NCBI GenBank assembly: GCA_950097015.1
Contig: CATNEN010000025.1
Coordinates: forward strand, 6,696,001 to 6,760,000
Direction: 5' to 3'
Source: Macrostomum hystrix
Taxonomy: Eukaryota; Animalia; Platyhelminthes
Length of the DNA stretch: 64,000 nt
A model generated the notes under the pieces. The model had not been told where the DNA came from. It ran no database searches and worked only from the letters and a program-made list of their open reading frames with translations. Made by a program: the position numbers and the translations under genes. The first letter of the stretch is position 1. Every line of letters begins with the position of its first letter. Shown here piece by piece: positions 42,801 to 54,800 of the stretch.

Positions 42801-45800
42801 ATCTCTTTCTTGTCTCCCAACTCATCTCTCTCTTCTCTCCCAACTCACCTCATCTCTTTCTTGTCTCCCAACTCATCTCTCTCTTGTCTCCCAACTCATC
42901 TCTCTCTTGTCTCCCAACTCATCTCTCTCTTGTCTCCCAACTCATCTCTCTCTTGTCTCCCAACTCATCTCTCTCTTGTCTCCCAACTCATCTCTCTCTT
43001 CTCTCCCAACTCATCTCTCTCTTGTCTCTCACGTTATCTCTCTCTTCATTCCCATCTTATCTCTCTCTTCATTCCCATCTTATCTCTCTCTTCATTCCCA
43101 TCTTATCTCTCTCTTCATTCCCATCTTATCTCTCTCTTCATTCCCATCTCATCTCTCTCTTCATTCCCATCTTATCTCTCTCTTCATTCCCATCTCATCT
43201 CTCTCTTCATTCCCATCTTATCTCTCTCTTCATTCCCATCTTATCTCTCTCTTCATTCCCATCTTATCTCTCTCTTCATTCCCATCTTATCTCTCTCTTC
43301 ATTCCCATCTTATCTCTCTCTTCATTCCCATCTCATCTCTCTCTTCATTCCCATCTTATCTCTCTCTTCATTCCCATCTTATCTCTCTCTTCATTCCCAT
43401 CTTATCTCTCTCTTCATTCCCATCTTATCTCTCTCTTCATTCCCATCTTATCTCTCTCTTCATTCCCATCTCATCTCTCTCTTCATTCCCATCTTATCCC
43501 TCTCTTCATTCCCATCTTATCTCTCTCTTCATTCCCACCTTATCTCTCAATCCAACTCGTCACCTTAAATTAGTATTTTCTGCCTGCTTTAATTTCAATG
43601 CCAGGTCTCTAATCGCGCCTCCATCTTATCTAAGTTATTTTGCGCTCCAATTTAAAAACAGAACAATCATGCTTATTAAGCCGCTATCCTGCCATTGTGT
43701 TCAGCTGCGCGCACGGCAGTGTTTTTCTGCTATTTCCTAAAGTACCGCATTCAACAGGCCTCGAGAAGGAAAAGGCTTCCCAGGGTTCTGTGGACTGTCT
43801 CTCTCCCTGAAACATTCGCCCTAAAAACAATCCTATATTGCTCAAACGCGAACAGCATCCCCCAATTTCATTTTCAGATAGTCCGTCTCGTATTTTCCCG
43901 GCCTGCCAACCAGAAAAAAAGCTGCCATAAAAAATAAACAGCTGAAAATTCCCTTAGAGACGAAATCCCGCCACCAACCGGTGTTTTTTAGATGGGCAAA
44001 TTATTAACAAATTTGAAATGATTTCCGTTTTAATTATGCTGCTGCTAATCTGAAACTCGATTAACGACTCGCCAATCGACCATTGGCAATCCAGATGAGG
44101 CGTCACTTCTGGAGGCTGGACTCTCGGGGACTGACTCTCTACCCCGACGAAGCCACTAATCGATATTACAAGGTGAGAAATCGTACACACATTGTTTCAT
44201 ATTAATTATGGAGTTGAAATTCAATGCGTTTTTTTTTAAAACCAACGATTTTTACGATGTATTAGGATGTTTTTTAAAAGATGTCGATATACTGTCTACC
44301 CGATTGCTTCCCAATTTTGACACTGGAATTTGTCATATCTCATAGCCGCTCTATATAACTTGTCTTATAACTTGTATATAACTTGACACCCGGCAAATCA
44401 CCCATGCCACTATCTGGCGTGTCTGAGCACAGCTGAGCTGTGCTTTAAAAATGATTGATCGACTTGAGTCTATATGCTCAGTCTGTATTTATGGCCGCAT
44501 TAACTCCAGAAATCGCTTGTATATATACTCGTACTAGCTTTTTTTGCCCGTTGTTTTTGGGGCAGAAATTTAAAGCAAAGCAGTAAACAATTCACGTCTC
44601 TGTATTAACTTTATAGTGAAGGTCACCATTTATTTATTTACTGCATTAATGAAAAGTGAAGAGTTTGTTTAAGGGCGTTTTAAGTAAAAAAAAGTGAAAA
44701 GTTTGTCCAAACAGCCCCCTCTTGATTACTTCTTTAGAAACATGTCTCTTAGCCACTCCTCTATACAGTCAGTGGCAGATCCAGGAATTTTGTTTTGGGG
44801 CGGTCTGTCAGGGGAGCGCCATGAGAATCACAGAGGGGGTGCCAGCGGCCGAAAAAGGGCGCCAGGAGCCAAGAAAGGGCGCCAGCGGCTGAAAAACGGG
44901 AGCCAGCGGCTGAAAAAGGGGCGCCAGCGGCCGAAAAGGGGCGCCAGTGCTGCGACTGGCGCCCCTGGTGGGGGCATCTTATTCCCATGATTAAAATTTG
45001 GGGGGGGCGACTGCCCCACGCCCCCCCCCCCTAAATCTGCCTCTGTATACAGTATGCATGTACACGCGTATACATAAGGAAAATAGCCATGGCATAACAA
45101 TAACAATGTCAAAGAAACAAAATTAAACTGTTTCAGAGTTCAGAGTTAGACAGGTCAAGGTCAATTCGTGACTACTTTTCTATTAATTGCTTGCGAGTCA
45201 CCTCAAGGCCTGGGGATACACCACATTCTTCGTTCTTCCCCTTGGTGCGAAAATGAATAGGCCAGCTGGAGTTCCAACACGGGAGCAGGCAACATAAAGC
45301 TGCCCATGCGAGAAGCAAGGAGTCTCCAGGTTGATGCCAGCCACCTTCAGCGACTGTCCCTGAGCCTTGTTAATAGTCATCGCAAAGCACACTCTCACAG
45401 GGAACTGCAGTCGCTTGAACTGAAATGGCAGGTCCGTGGGGATAATTGGAATCCGGGAACGAACACAGACTCTCCTCTGCCAGATCCAGTCATTATCGTG
45501 GCCTCAATCACGTGTGGGAAGAGCCGCCTGACTATCAGTCTGGTGCCGTTACACAGCCTTGGCGCATTCAGGTTGCGGAGGAGCATAATTGGTGCCCCAA
45601 CTTTCAGCTGCAAGTTGTGCGATGGAGTTCCAGGAGGATCTAGAGAGTTCAGAAACTCAACAGGATACTCCACAGCGGTGTCATCAGTCAACGTTGTATC
45701 AATTGACTTGTAGGTGAAAACTGCACCTGGCAACTCCTGAAGCAGTTGGTAGTTAATTTCGTTGGCGGCATCATTTCTAGGACACAGAATTGCCCTCTCT

Positions 45801-48800
45801 GACAGCCAGTCAACGCCAGCCTCTCTTTCTTCTATCCCAGGCTGGCTGGAGAGAAATATCGACCGGAGAGCCCTGCGCACTGGGACGCCACCGCACTCAC
45901 CGCACTCAGTCTCAGTGCTGCTTGGGGGCCAGTAGACAGTCTAGGGGTTTGGGCTGTGTACATTCACGGCTTGAAATACAATGTACAGTCTGGGGCTTCG
46001 GCGCCCGGGGAAGGGAGGGGGTGGCTGTAATAAAATTTGGCCCGCAGAGTGGCGGAGGGGAGTTGGGGTGGCTGTCCTCGGAAAACAAAAAGTGACTCAC
46101 TTTGAGATGATGCAGCTTTGCTCTGGATTGAGTAGAGATGTTCAAAATTGACAGCATTGTTGGAAAACATGTAAAGTGTAAGTGGATCAAATTTGGAGAA
46201 AATCTGACAAAGTGGGGCGACGATATGTCGAATTGAGTGATTTTTTGACGATTTTTGAGCAGTTTTTTGCACTTTTGAGCAGGAAGGAAATGATTTTTCG
46301 GGAATTTGAGTAGCCTATTGCACTCAGCGTAGGTGGTTTTAGGTATGTGCAAAGTTTGGTGCGATTTGGTTGAGCGGTTTCGGCGTCTATAAAGACAAAA
46401 GGTTGCACACAGACAGACAGACAGACAGACAGAGTTTTCACTTTTATATATATAGATATATAGAAATACGCGCCCAAAAATCTATGCATTAATATTATCA
46501 GCTGTGTAACCTGCTCTTTACACAAGCAATTTGACAAGTGCAATTTGCCAAACGCTTAGGTTTGGACATAGTGGAGGCAATATATTAATCGAGGGTTGGA
46601 CTAAATGCTAGGGCTACAGAGGGCGTACGAGATGGGATAAATGGAAGACGGCTCGGAGCACGGCAGAAGTACACAGCTCCAGCTGGTGGGTATCTTCTTT
46701 ACCCAATCACCCTATGCAATGCCCCAGCGTGTTGCTGCCAGGCGCCCACCCCACTCCCCAAGGGTCGCGGCAGTTGTTAGGGTGGGGAACTAAAACTTTA
46801 CTCATCCAAGCACAGTGACTGCAGCATATGGGTTAGGCGACAAACACTTCCTAGGATAGGCTTTTTCTGCAACCCAATGCCCCCCCCCCAACACGCATGA
46901 GGGAGTTTGTTAGTCACACATTCTTCTGTGACTGGCTTTTGTCCCATTGCTTCAAATGTCGAAGCTCCGCCAGAAATTAGACTTATGCCTAAAATTTCAG
47001 CAGCCCCTCAAAGTGTTACTCAAAAGTACACTTTCGCCGCCTGAATTGACAATTTATCCCCCTTTTTTTCTTGCCTAAGGGCTCCCAAAACGAAATTATC
47101 CCTTGGGAGAATTTTCGATTCGCTGCTTCAGTCGACTAAGCGTCAAGCTTCGTCAGCCATACGAAATGAGTTTCCGGGTTTCAAAAATGAGCTTTTGAAA
47201 GTGTAATTTACTTGTTTCCTGTGACCCCTGTCTCATCCACCCTGTTCCATGCGTTCAGACGCCTTTTAATTCTGTCTAGCCCCAGATTATTCAATGATGA
47301 TGATCCAACCCGAAGTATCATAAGACCAAGCCTCGATTTATCGACACCACTTCTCTAACCCCAGATATACATTGAATAAGACAGAGCCTCAATTTATCGA
47401 CACCGTTTCTCTAACCCCAGATATACATTGAATAAGAAAGAGCCTCAATTTGTCGACTCCGCTTCTCTAACCCCAGATGTACATTGAATAAGACAGAGCC
47501 TCAATTTATCGACAGCGCTTCTCTAACCCCAGATGTAGATTGAATAAGACAGAGCCTCAATTTATCGACAGCGCTTCTCTAACCCCAGATGTAGATTGAA
47601 TAAGACAGAGCCTCAATTTATCGACAGCGCTTCTCTAACCCCAGATGTAGATTGAATAAGACAGAGCCTCAATTTATCGACAGCGCTTCTCTAACCCCAG
47701 ATGTAGATTGAATAAGACAGAGCCTCAATTTGTCGACAGCGCTTCTCTAACCCCAGATGTAGATTGAATAAGACAGAGCCTCAATTTATCGACAGCGCTT
47801 CTCTAACCCCAGATGTAGATTGAATAAGACAGAGCCTCAATTTATCGACACCGCTTCTCTAACCCCAGATATACGAGTACATTGAATAAGAAAGAGCCTC
47901 AATTTGTCGACTCCGCTTCTCTAACCCCAGATATACATTGAATAAGACAGAGCCTCAATTTATCGACAGCGCTTCTCTAACCCTAGATGTAGATTGAATA
48001 AGACAGAGCCTCAATTTATCGACACCGCTTCTCTAACCCCAGATATACGAGTACATTGAATAAGACAGAGCCTCAATTTGTCGACTCCGCTTCTCTAACC
48101 CCAGATATACGAGTACATTGAATAAGACAGAGCCTCAATTTATCGACATCGCTTCTCTAAAACAAATTGCCGATTCATATTCTGACATTTGTAACAATTT
48201 TTTAGAATCATAAATTACGCATTAGCTTTTAATTAAAAATGACAGTAAACTATCGTAAAGAACTTCGGTTTAATAATTCCCTTTGAAAGTTATGATGAAG
48301 GAATTTAAAGACGGAATTCGAATCGGCCATGCTGGAAAAGAAAATTTTCGAAAATGAAGAAACATCTTGGGAAGAAAAGCAGCCGAAGCCGACAGTGGGC
48401 TTGAATGAAAACGTCCTGCCGGCTGAAGCTTTATTAATCAATATTTTATACACGCAGGCCCCAGCCAAAGCTGAGAAAAACTTTGGGACTGTAGGCATGC
48501 AGGAAAAAAGAAAAGGGAAGAAATTGTAAAAAGTCGGGCTGCTCGCGCGAAGGGGCACTTGAGCAGCGAACGCCGAAGCCGGCCAAAATATGAGTACTTA
48601 TAACCAACTCCTTCACTCAAAAAATCTAACTGAAAACTTTGCAACATCAACATCGATAGTTTTCCTATCGCGCCTCTAAATTGCATAGTACTCACAAGGC
48701 ATCAGAAAGTCCATTTCGACCATTCTCAGAATTCTATGCTTAAGCAAGCCATTGAGACTTCTGCACTCTTAAAGAAGTTTAAGTTAGGCTTTTTTCATAA

Positions 48801-51800
48801 ACTATATCATCAGCAGTACAGTTCACTACAAAAGTACATTTCACACTACCCAGGAGATCCTACTAACTGAAATTGTCAGCGTCGCTAGCTGCAGCACCCA
48901 GACTGTCAAGGACTATGTGTTTGCGCTCAAGACCAGCTCCGGCACAACCTACTTCATCGGTGGCGGTGGTGCCGGAGGCGGCGGTGGCGGCGCAGGCGGG
49001 CACGATCGGCCGGCCATCCCGACTGACCTCCTGCAGCTATCGCGCCAGCAGGCGGTGCACTTTGAGGCCGCAGTCCGCGCCGCCCTGCTACCTGTGTCCG
49101 CGAGCCGAGGCAGCGGTGGCGGTGGCGGCAGCGGCGGCGGCGGGCCAGGAGAAACATCCCAGCCAGCAGCTTCGAGCGCTCAGTCAGGCACCGTCTCCGC
49201 AGCCTCCAGCTCGTCGTCGTCTGTTGGGGGCGCCGGCGCCAGCAGCGGCGACGGCAGCGCCGGTGGCGGCGTCGTCGTCGAGACGCTGGAGTCGCAGTTC
49301 GACATACATCATGAGGAGATCCTGGGCAGCGGCCAATTCGGCACAGTCTATGCCGGAGTTTGCCGCGCCAACGGACAGGAGGTGGCCATCAAGGTCATTG
49401 ATAAGCTGCGGTTTCCTACCAAGCAGGAAACGCAGCTAAAGAATGAGGTATCAGTCTGTGTTAAATCTCTTACGACGCGATCATCAGCGAATTATAAAAG
49501 TTTTTTTTATTTCAAATGCTCTTCCCCAGGTGAGCATCCTGCAGTCGCTAAACCACGAAGGTGTAGTGAAGCTGCACAAAATGTTTGAAACTCCGCGCAC
49601 CCTGTTCGTCGTAATGGAGAAGATGGCTGGCGACATGCTGGAGATGATTTTGTCTGGCGCCGATGGCCGACTCTCAGAGCGGGTTACCAAGTACCTCGTG
49701 GCGCAGATCCTGTGCGCACTACGCTATCTGCACACCCGCTGCGTTGTGCACTGCGATCTCAAGCCTGAGAATGTACTTTTAGCACCTGCCGCTGGCCACG
49801 GCAGCCTGCACTATCCGCAGATCAAACTGTGCGACTTCGGCTTTGCCCGAATCATCGGAGAAAAAAGTTTTCGAAAAAGCATTGTGGGAACGCCGGCGTA
49901 TCTAGGTGAGTTTTTATCCTTGCATTTGGTGGTCATTCGATGGATAGCATGAATGTACATTGTCCCAGCCAGCTAGCCCTACTTTCTCGCAGACTGTTCT
50001 AGCCTGAATGTACATTGTCCCAGCCAGCTAGCCCTACTTTCTCGCAGACTGTTCTAGCCTGAATGTACATTGTCCCAGCCAGCTAGTCCTACTTTCTCGC
50101 AGACTGTTCTAGCCTGAATGTACATTGTCCCAGCCAGCTAGTCCTACTTTCTCGCAGACTGTTCTAGCCTGAATGTACATTGTCCCAGCCAGCTAGTCCT
50201 ACTTTCTCGCAGACTGTCCTATCGCTACAGTCGTTTGTACTTCAGTCTTCTGAAATAGAAGTGTCATCCTGAGTCGGTTTAACCGCCTTACAGCGTATAA
50301 ATTATTCACAAACCCGCCTGTTGCAAAGAAAAACTGTCAAAAATGTTAGATTTTTTCAGAATTCGTCAAATTTGGATTTCTGCTTACTGACTGTTGAATT
50401 GTCAATGCAGTTTTTTTCAACTCGTTAAACTTTTGAAAAATTCAAATCGATGTCTATCTTCTAGCCTTGGAGAAAATACTTGTTGTGCGAAGAGAAATTC
50501 GGGGCAGATGTACACACCAGTGTGTGTGTGTATGTGCCAGCGCAGGTATCCGTGTTGTGTGCTCAGGTGTCAGTGATTGAATGGTCAAAATCTCGCTGGC
50601 TGCAGGTCGACTGTTTGCAAATGATGTGTTTCTGCCCGCATGGAAAATATTACTAAACAAATTATTATCCTTTTTAGATATAGAAACTATACTATTGAGC
50701 CTTGCAATCTACGGGCTTAACCGTCCCGACTCGACCCCAGATGCGCAGGGATAATGAAATCGCATTGATCTCCCAATCGATTCCAGCTCCCGAGGTCCTA
50801 AAGTACAAGGGCTACAACCGCAGCATCGACATGTGGAGCGTGGGCGTGATCACCTACGTGAGGTGAGGCGTCGTTGGTATTGAGCAGTGCCGCAATTGGC
50901 AGCTGGCGTGCAGCCTAAGATTATTAGCTCATTGGATGGCTTATTATGGCCCTAGTAGATGATTATGCAGTGGATCGCTGAGATACGGATTTCAGACCAG
51001 TCGATCCAAGTCAAATAGTTTCGATGCAGTACAAATCTAATAATTATCTGATTTTTTCCTCTGACAAAATATCAATTCTGCTAAAAGCAATGGTTTCGAT
51101 TGAGCTGGTCAACTGGTTAGCATCTTGCAATGCAGGTTCGGAGTTCGATTCCTCGACTAGACAGTTTTGAGAACATTTTATTATTCTTGTACAAGGCATC
51201 AATTCAACCAGTGGTACTCGTACCAGTATTAAAAACAAAATAATAATTGCAGGAGGACTCTGGGAAATGGCGCATTATATGGTGACACTGGACCCGCAGC
51301 CAGCGACGAGGCAATTCTGTCCATTTCGCTGACTCCTGAGCACAAACTCGCACAGGTGTGTACATCTGCCCTGACTTTCTCATCGTCAGGCAGTGTACAC
51401 TTTCACTGATGTGCCTTGGAGGTTGGCCCCAATTTAATGTGGCCTCGCCGCGGAATCGAACTCAGGGACCTTGGCGCGAGAGGCAAACGTGTTAACCGCT
51501 CTGCCACTCACCCCCTCACGTACCAGTATTAGCTGGGGCAGAAATTTGGGTAGATGCGCGGCCCTCGAACCCCAGTCCACGGACTGAACACTACACGCTG
51601 CCCCCACCTACAATAACCCGCCATGCAGCCTAAGCGGCACCTTCCCATTCAACGAGGACGAAGACATTGCCGACCAGATCAAGAATGCGTCCTTCATGTA
51701 CCCGCCGGTGCCCTGGGAGACCATCTCAGTCGAGGGTGAGTTTCTTAGAAAGCTTAAAAAAATTATTGAAGACTGGCCTTCAAAAAAGGCGACGAATTTC

Positions 51801-54800
51801 CGTATTTTCTGCTTTCCGGTTTTTAGTCGAGAATTGGTTTACTTACTTTGACTTTCTTCTTTGGAGCCGTTTCTGTTTTGCATTTTTCTGGCTTCGCTTC
51901 TCTCAGAAGCCGGAAAATGCTCCTTGGAAACAAACACACCGCACACATGCCGCTTTCGCGTTCGCTCAAACCTGACACTCGAAGTTATTAGTCACCTTAT
52001 AGCCACAGCGGCTAAGGGCTATCAATTTCCAATCCTTTCTCGCTTGGCATTAATTAATTATTCAGTAGGCCGTAGCCAAGCCAAGGTGCCTGTTTGTGGG
52101 CTCCGCAGCGAGAAGAAGCACTGTGTTTTTTTACAACGGGCCCGCCTTCACCGCTACTACGAGTCTCCAATCTCGACAGCGTGGGATAAGGTGCAGAACT
52201 CACTGCAGACAGATTTAAATGACTAATTCTTCTGCAGTCTGATTTACTTTACTCGTAGTTTCTACGAGCTAAAAGCAGTGAACTGGAAGGATTCAATCGT
52301 GTTTCCAGTTTGCTTCAATGAGTTCAACAGAAGGGAGTTATGGTGCCTACTTTATCGCGTGCACTTTCTTCTACCTTATAGGCGCCTTCTAAAAGATGTT
52401 CAGTATTATTTTCAGGCAAAAAATGTTCATCCGATAGTTTGTCTATGATTGCCAGGAATGAAAAAAATACTTCTTTCGCACCTGGATCAGAGTCAGACAA
52501 ACTTGGACACAGCAGGTTGGAAATATAGTGGGGTAGAAAGGAATGAAGGACAGAATTTTGAACAAAAAATAGTGGAGTAGGAGAGGGAGTGAGGTAGATT
52601 GGTAGAAAGAGAGATTGATTGGAAACAGCTGGGGTGGATTGTGAAAGAATGGGGTATATTGACAGAGAGTGGGGTAGATTGTGAGAGAGTGGGGTAGACT
52701 GAAAGAGAGTGGGGTATATTGACAGAGAGTGGGGTAGATTGTGAGAGAGTGGGGTAGACTGAAAGAGAGTGGGGTATATTGACAGAGAGTGGGGTAGATT
52801 GTGAGAGAGTGGGGTATATTGACAGAGAGTGGGGTAGATTGTGAAAGAGTGGGGTAGATTGTGAGAGAGTGGGGTAGACTGAAAGAGAGTGGGGTAGATT
52901 GCGAGAGAGTGGAGTAGATTGTAAAAGAGTGGGGTAGATTGTGAGAGAGTGGAGTAGATTGTAAAAGAGTGGGGTAGATTGTGAGAGAGTGGAGTAGATT
53001 GTAAAAGAGTGGGGTAGATTGTGAGAGAGTGGAGTAGATTGTAAAAGAGTGGGGTAGATTGTAAAAGAGTGGGATTGATTGGGAGAGAGTGGAGTATATT
53101 GTAAAAGAGTGGGATTGATTGGGAGAGAGTGGAGTATATTGTAAAAGAGTGGGATTGATTGGGAGAGAGTGGAGTATATTGTAAAAGAGTGGGATTGATT
53201 GGGAGAGAGTGGAGTATATTGTAAAAGAGTGGGATTGATTGGGAGAGAGTGGAGTATATTGTAAAAGAGTGGGGTAGATTGTGACAGAGTGGGGTAGATT
53301 GTGAAAGATTAGCGTATATTGACAGAGAGTGGGGTAGATTACGATAGAGTGGGGTAGATTGGGATAAAGTGGGGTAGATTCACAGAGAGTGGGGAAGATT
53401 GGGAAAGAGTGGGGTAGATTGGTAGTAGGGTGGGGTAGTCCATGTAGGGAGTAGGTACAAGACTTTAAGCTCTCCGTATGTGGCCAGTTAGGCAGGAATT
53501 GCAGCGCGATCCCATTGTCCGAAACTGTCCACTTGCAGCCACCGACCTCATTGACCACCTAATGGACTTGTCAATCAAAGATCGTTACACAGTGGCTATG
53601 GCGTGGTGCCACAAGTGGATAAAAGAGGTTTCACATTTGCTTAGCTGTCAGAAAAATTATTACATTTTTGTCTCTTATTTAATTTTCAGTAGCAATTGAA
53701 TGTTAAAAAACTATCAGTGTCGCATTTAACCTTTGACGCTTTTCCTCTGGATCTAATAATTGTTTTCAACTGTAATTATTCGCCTGAAATTGTTCTTGTC
53801 CATCATTTTATTATAGAAAATTTGTCTGTATTATTCCTGACTTGACTAAATTAGGAATTTTGTGGAAAAATTTCACCGAGAATTCCAGGCTCACGAAAAT
53901 CCTAACTCACCGAAATCCCGATTGACCGAAATCCAAAAATGCACCCAAATCCGAATTCCCCAAAATAACAACTCACTGAAATCCCAATTCACTGAAATCC
54001 CAATTCACCGAAATCCCAATTGACCGAAATCCAAAAATTCACCCAAATCCAAATTCCCCAAAATAACAACTCACTGAAATCCCAATTCATCAAAATTCCA
54101 ATTCACCAAAATCCCAATTCACCAAAATCCCAATTCACCAAAATCCCAATTCACCAAAATCCCAATTCACCAAAATCCCAATTCACCAAAATCCCAATTC
54201 ACCAAAATAACAACTCACTGAAATCCCAATTCACCAAAATTCCAATTCACCCAATTCCTGGTTCCCCAAAAAACAACGCACTGAAATACCGATTCCCTAA
54301 ATATCAATTCCAAAAAATCCCAATTCCTAAAAATCCCGATTCCCGAAAATCCCAAATTCACAGAAATCCCAATTCACATTTTTCAAATGGCAGATTATTT
54401 CACAGAAATCCCAATTCACCAAAATCCCAATTCACCTAAATCCCAATTCACCAAAATCCCGAGATTATTTACAGTACGGCAGATTATTGCTTTAAATAAC
54501 GAGCTTAGAAGCCAATCACTCCTCTTCAGTACGAGTCCTTTTTTCTATCAAGTTCCACATGAATATGAAAAAACTATGTTAATCTCAATCTTTTGATAAT
54601 TTTGAAGTTTTTTTAATCTTTCTGGTGCTGCCTCCTGACTATCTTTCTGATTTACAATTCACTCTTTGTGTGCGTGTGTACTAGCCATTGTGCAATTGTA
54701 AAAACTCTTAATGGCAGAGCAATGAGAGATTAATTAATTGGTGTTGTTGGCACCTTGTAGTCGTGAAATATGTATATTTGTTTGTGCGCATTTGTACAGC

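Larger units (their letters stand above)
44534..46456 (-). mobile_element. Non-autonomous, internally deleted Helitron
   Basis: On -, the 5' end is A|TCTATATATATAAAAGTG followed by (GTCT)n. The interior holds a PIF1 helicase remnant. The 3' end is the hairpin TGCCC-N10-GGGCA then CTAG|T. The insertion is between A and T with no TSD. Confidence 0.85.

Noticed and set aside
43590-43612. Recursive splice site at the satellite exit (GCCAG|GTCTCT), also CAG|GTGAC at ~11556
   Set aside because: The first has a poor donor and the second lacks a pyrimidine tract; there is no support without RNA data.
11854-43740. Giant ORFs of 10,628, 10,568, 3,329, 2,948 and 4,235 aa (Leu/Ser-rich)
   Set aside because: All three + frames are open because the C/T-rich 23-mer almost never forms TAA, TAG or TGA. 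The starts are mostly non-ATG, the frames are rotations of the same peptide, and the region lies inside a phase-consistent PKD intron.
45198-45880. Host PIF1 helicase gene
   Set aside because: Only the C-terminal part is present, frameshifted, intronless and enclosed by Helitron termini.
48873-49439. Overlapping alternative-frame and antisense ORFs over GC-rich exons (also 10719-11131, 56302-56743 and 59488-59775)
   Set aside because: These are shadow ORFs of GC-rich coding sequence; the conserved kinase or MMS19 frame accounts for them.
51440-51518. Functional tRNA genes here and at 51101-51157, 60076-60152 and 11362-11400
   Set aside because: A/B boxes are present but acceptor and anticodon stems do not pair convincingly. 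One element has a SINE body and TSD, and 11362-11400 shows only a B box.
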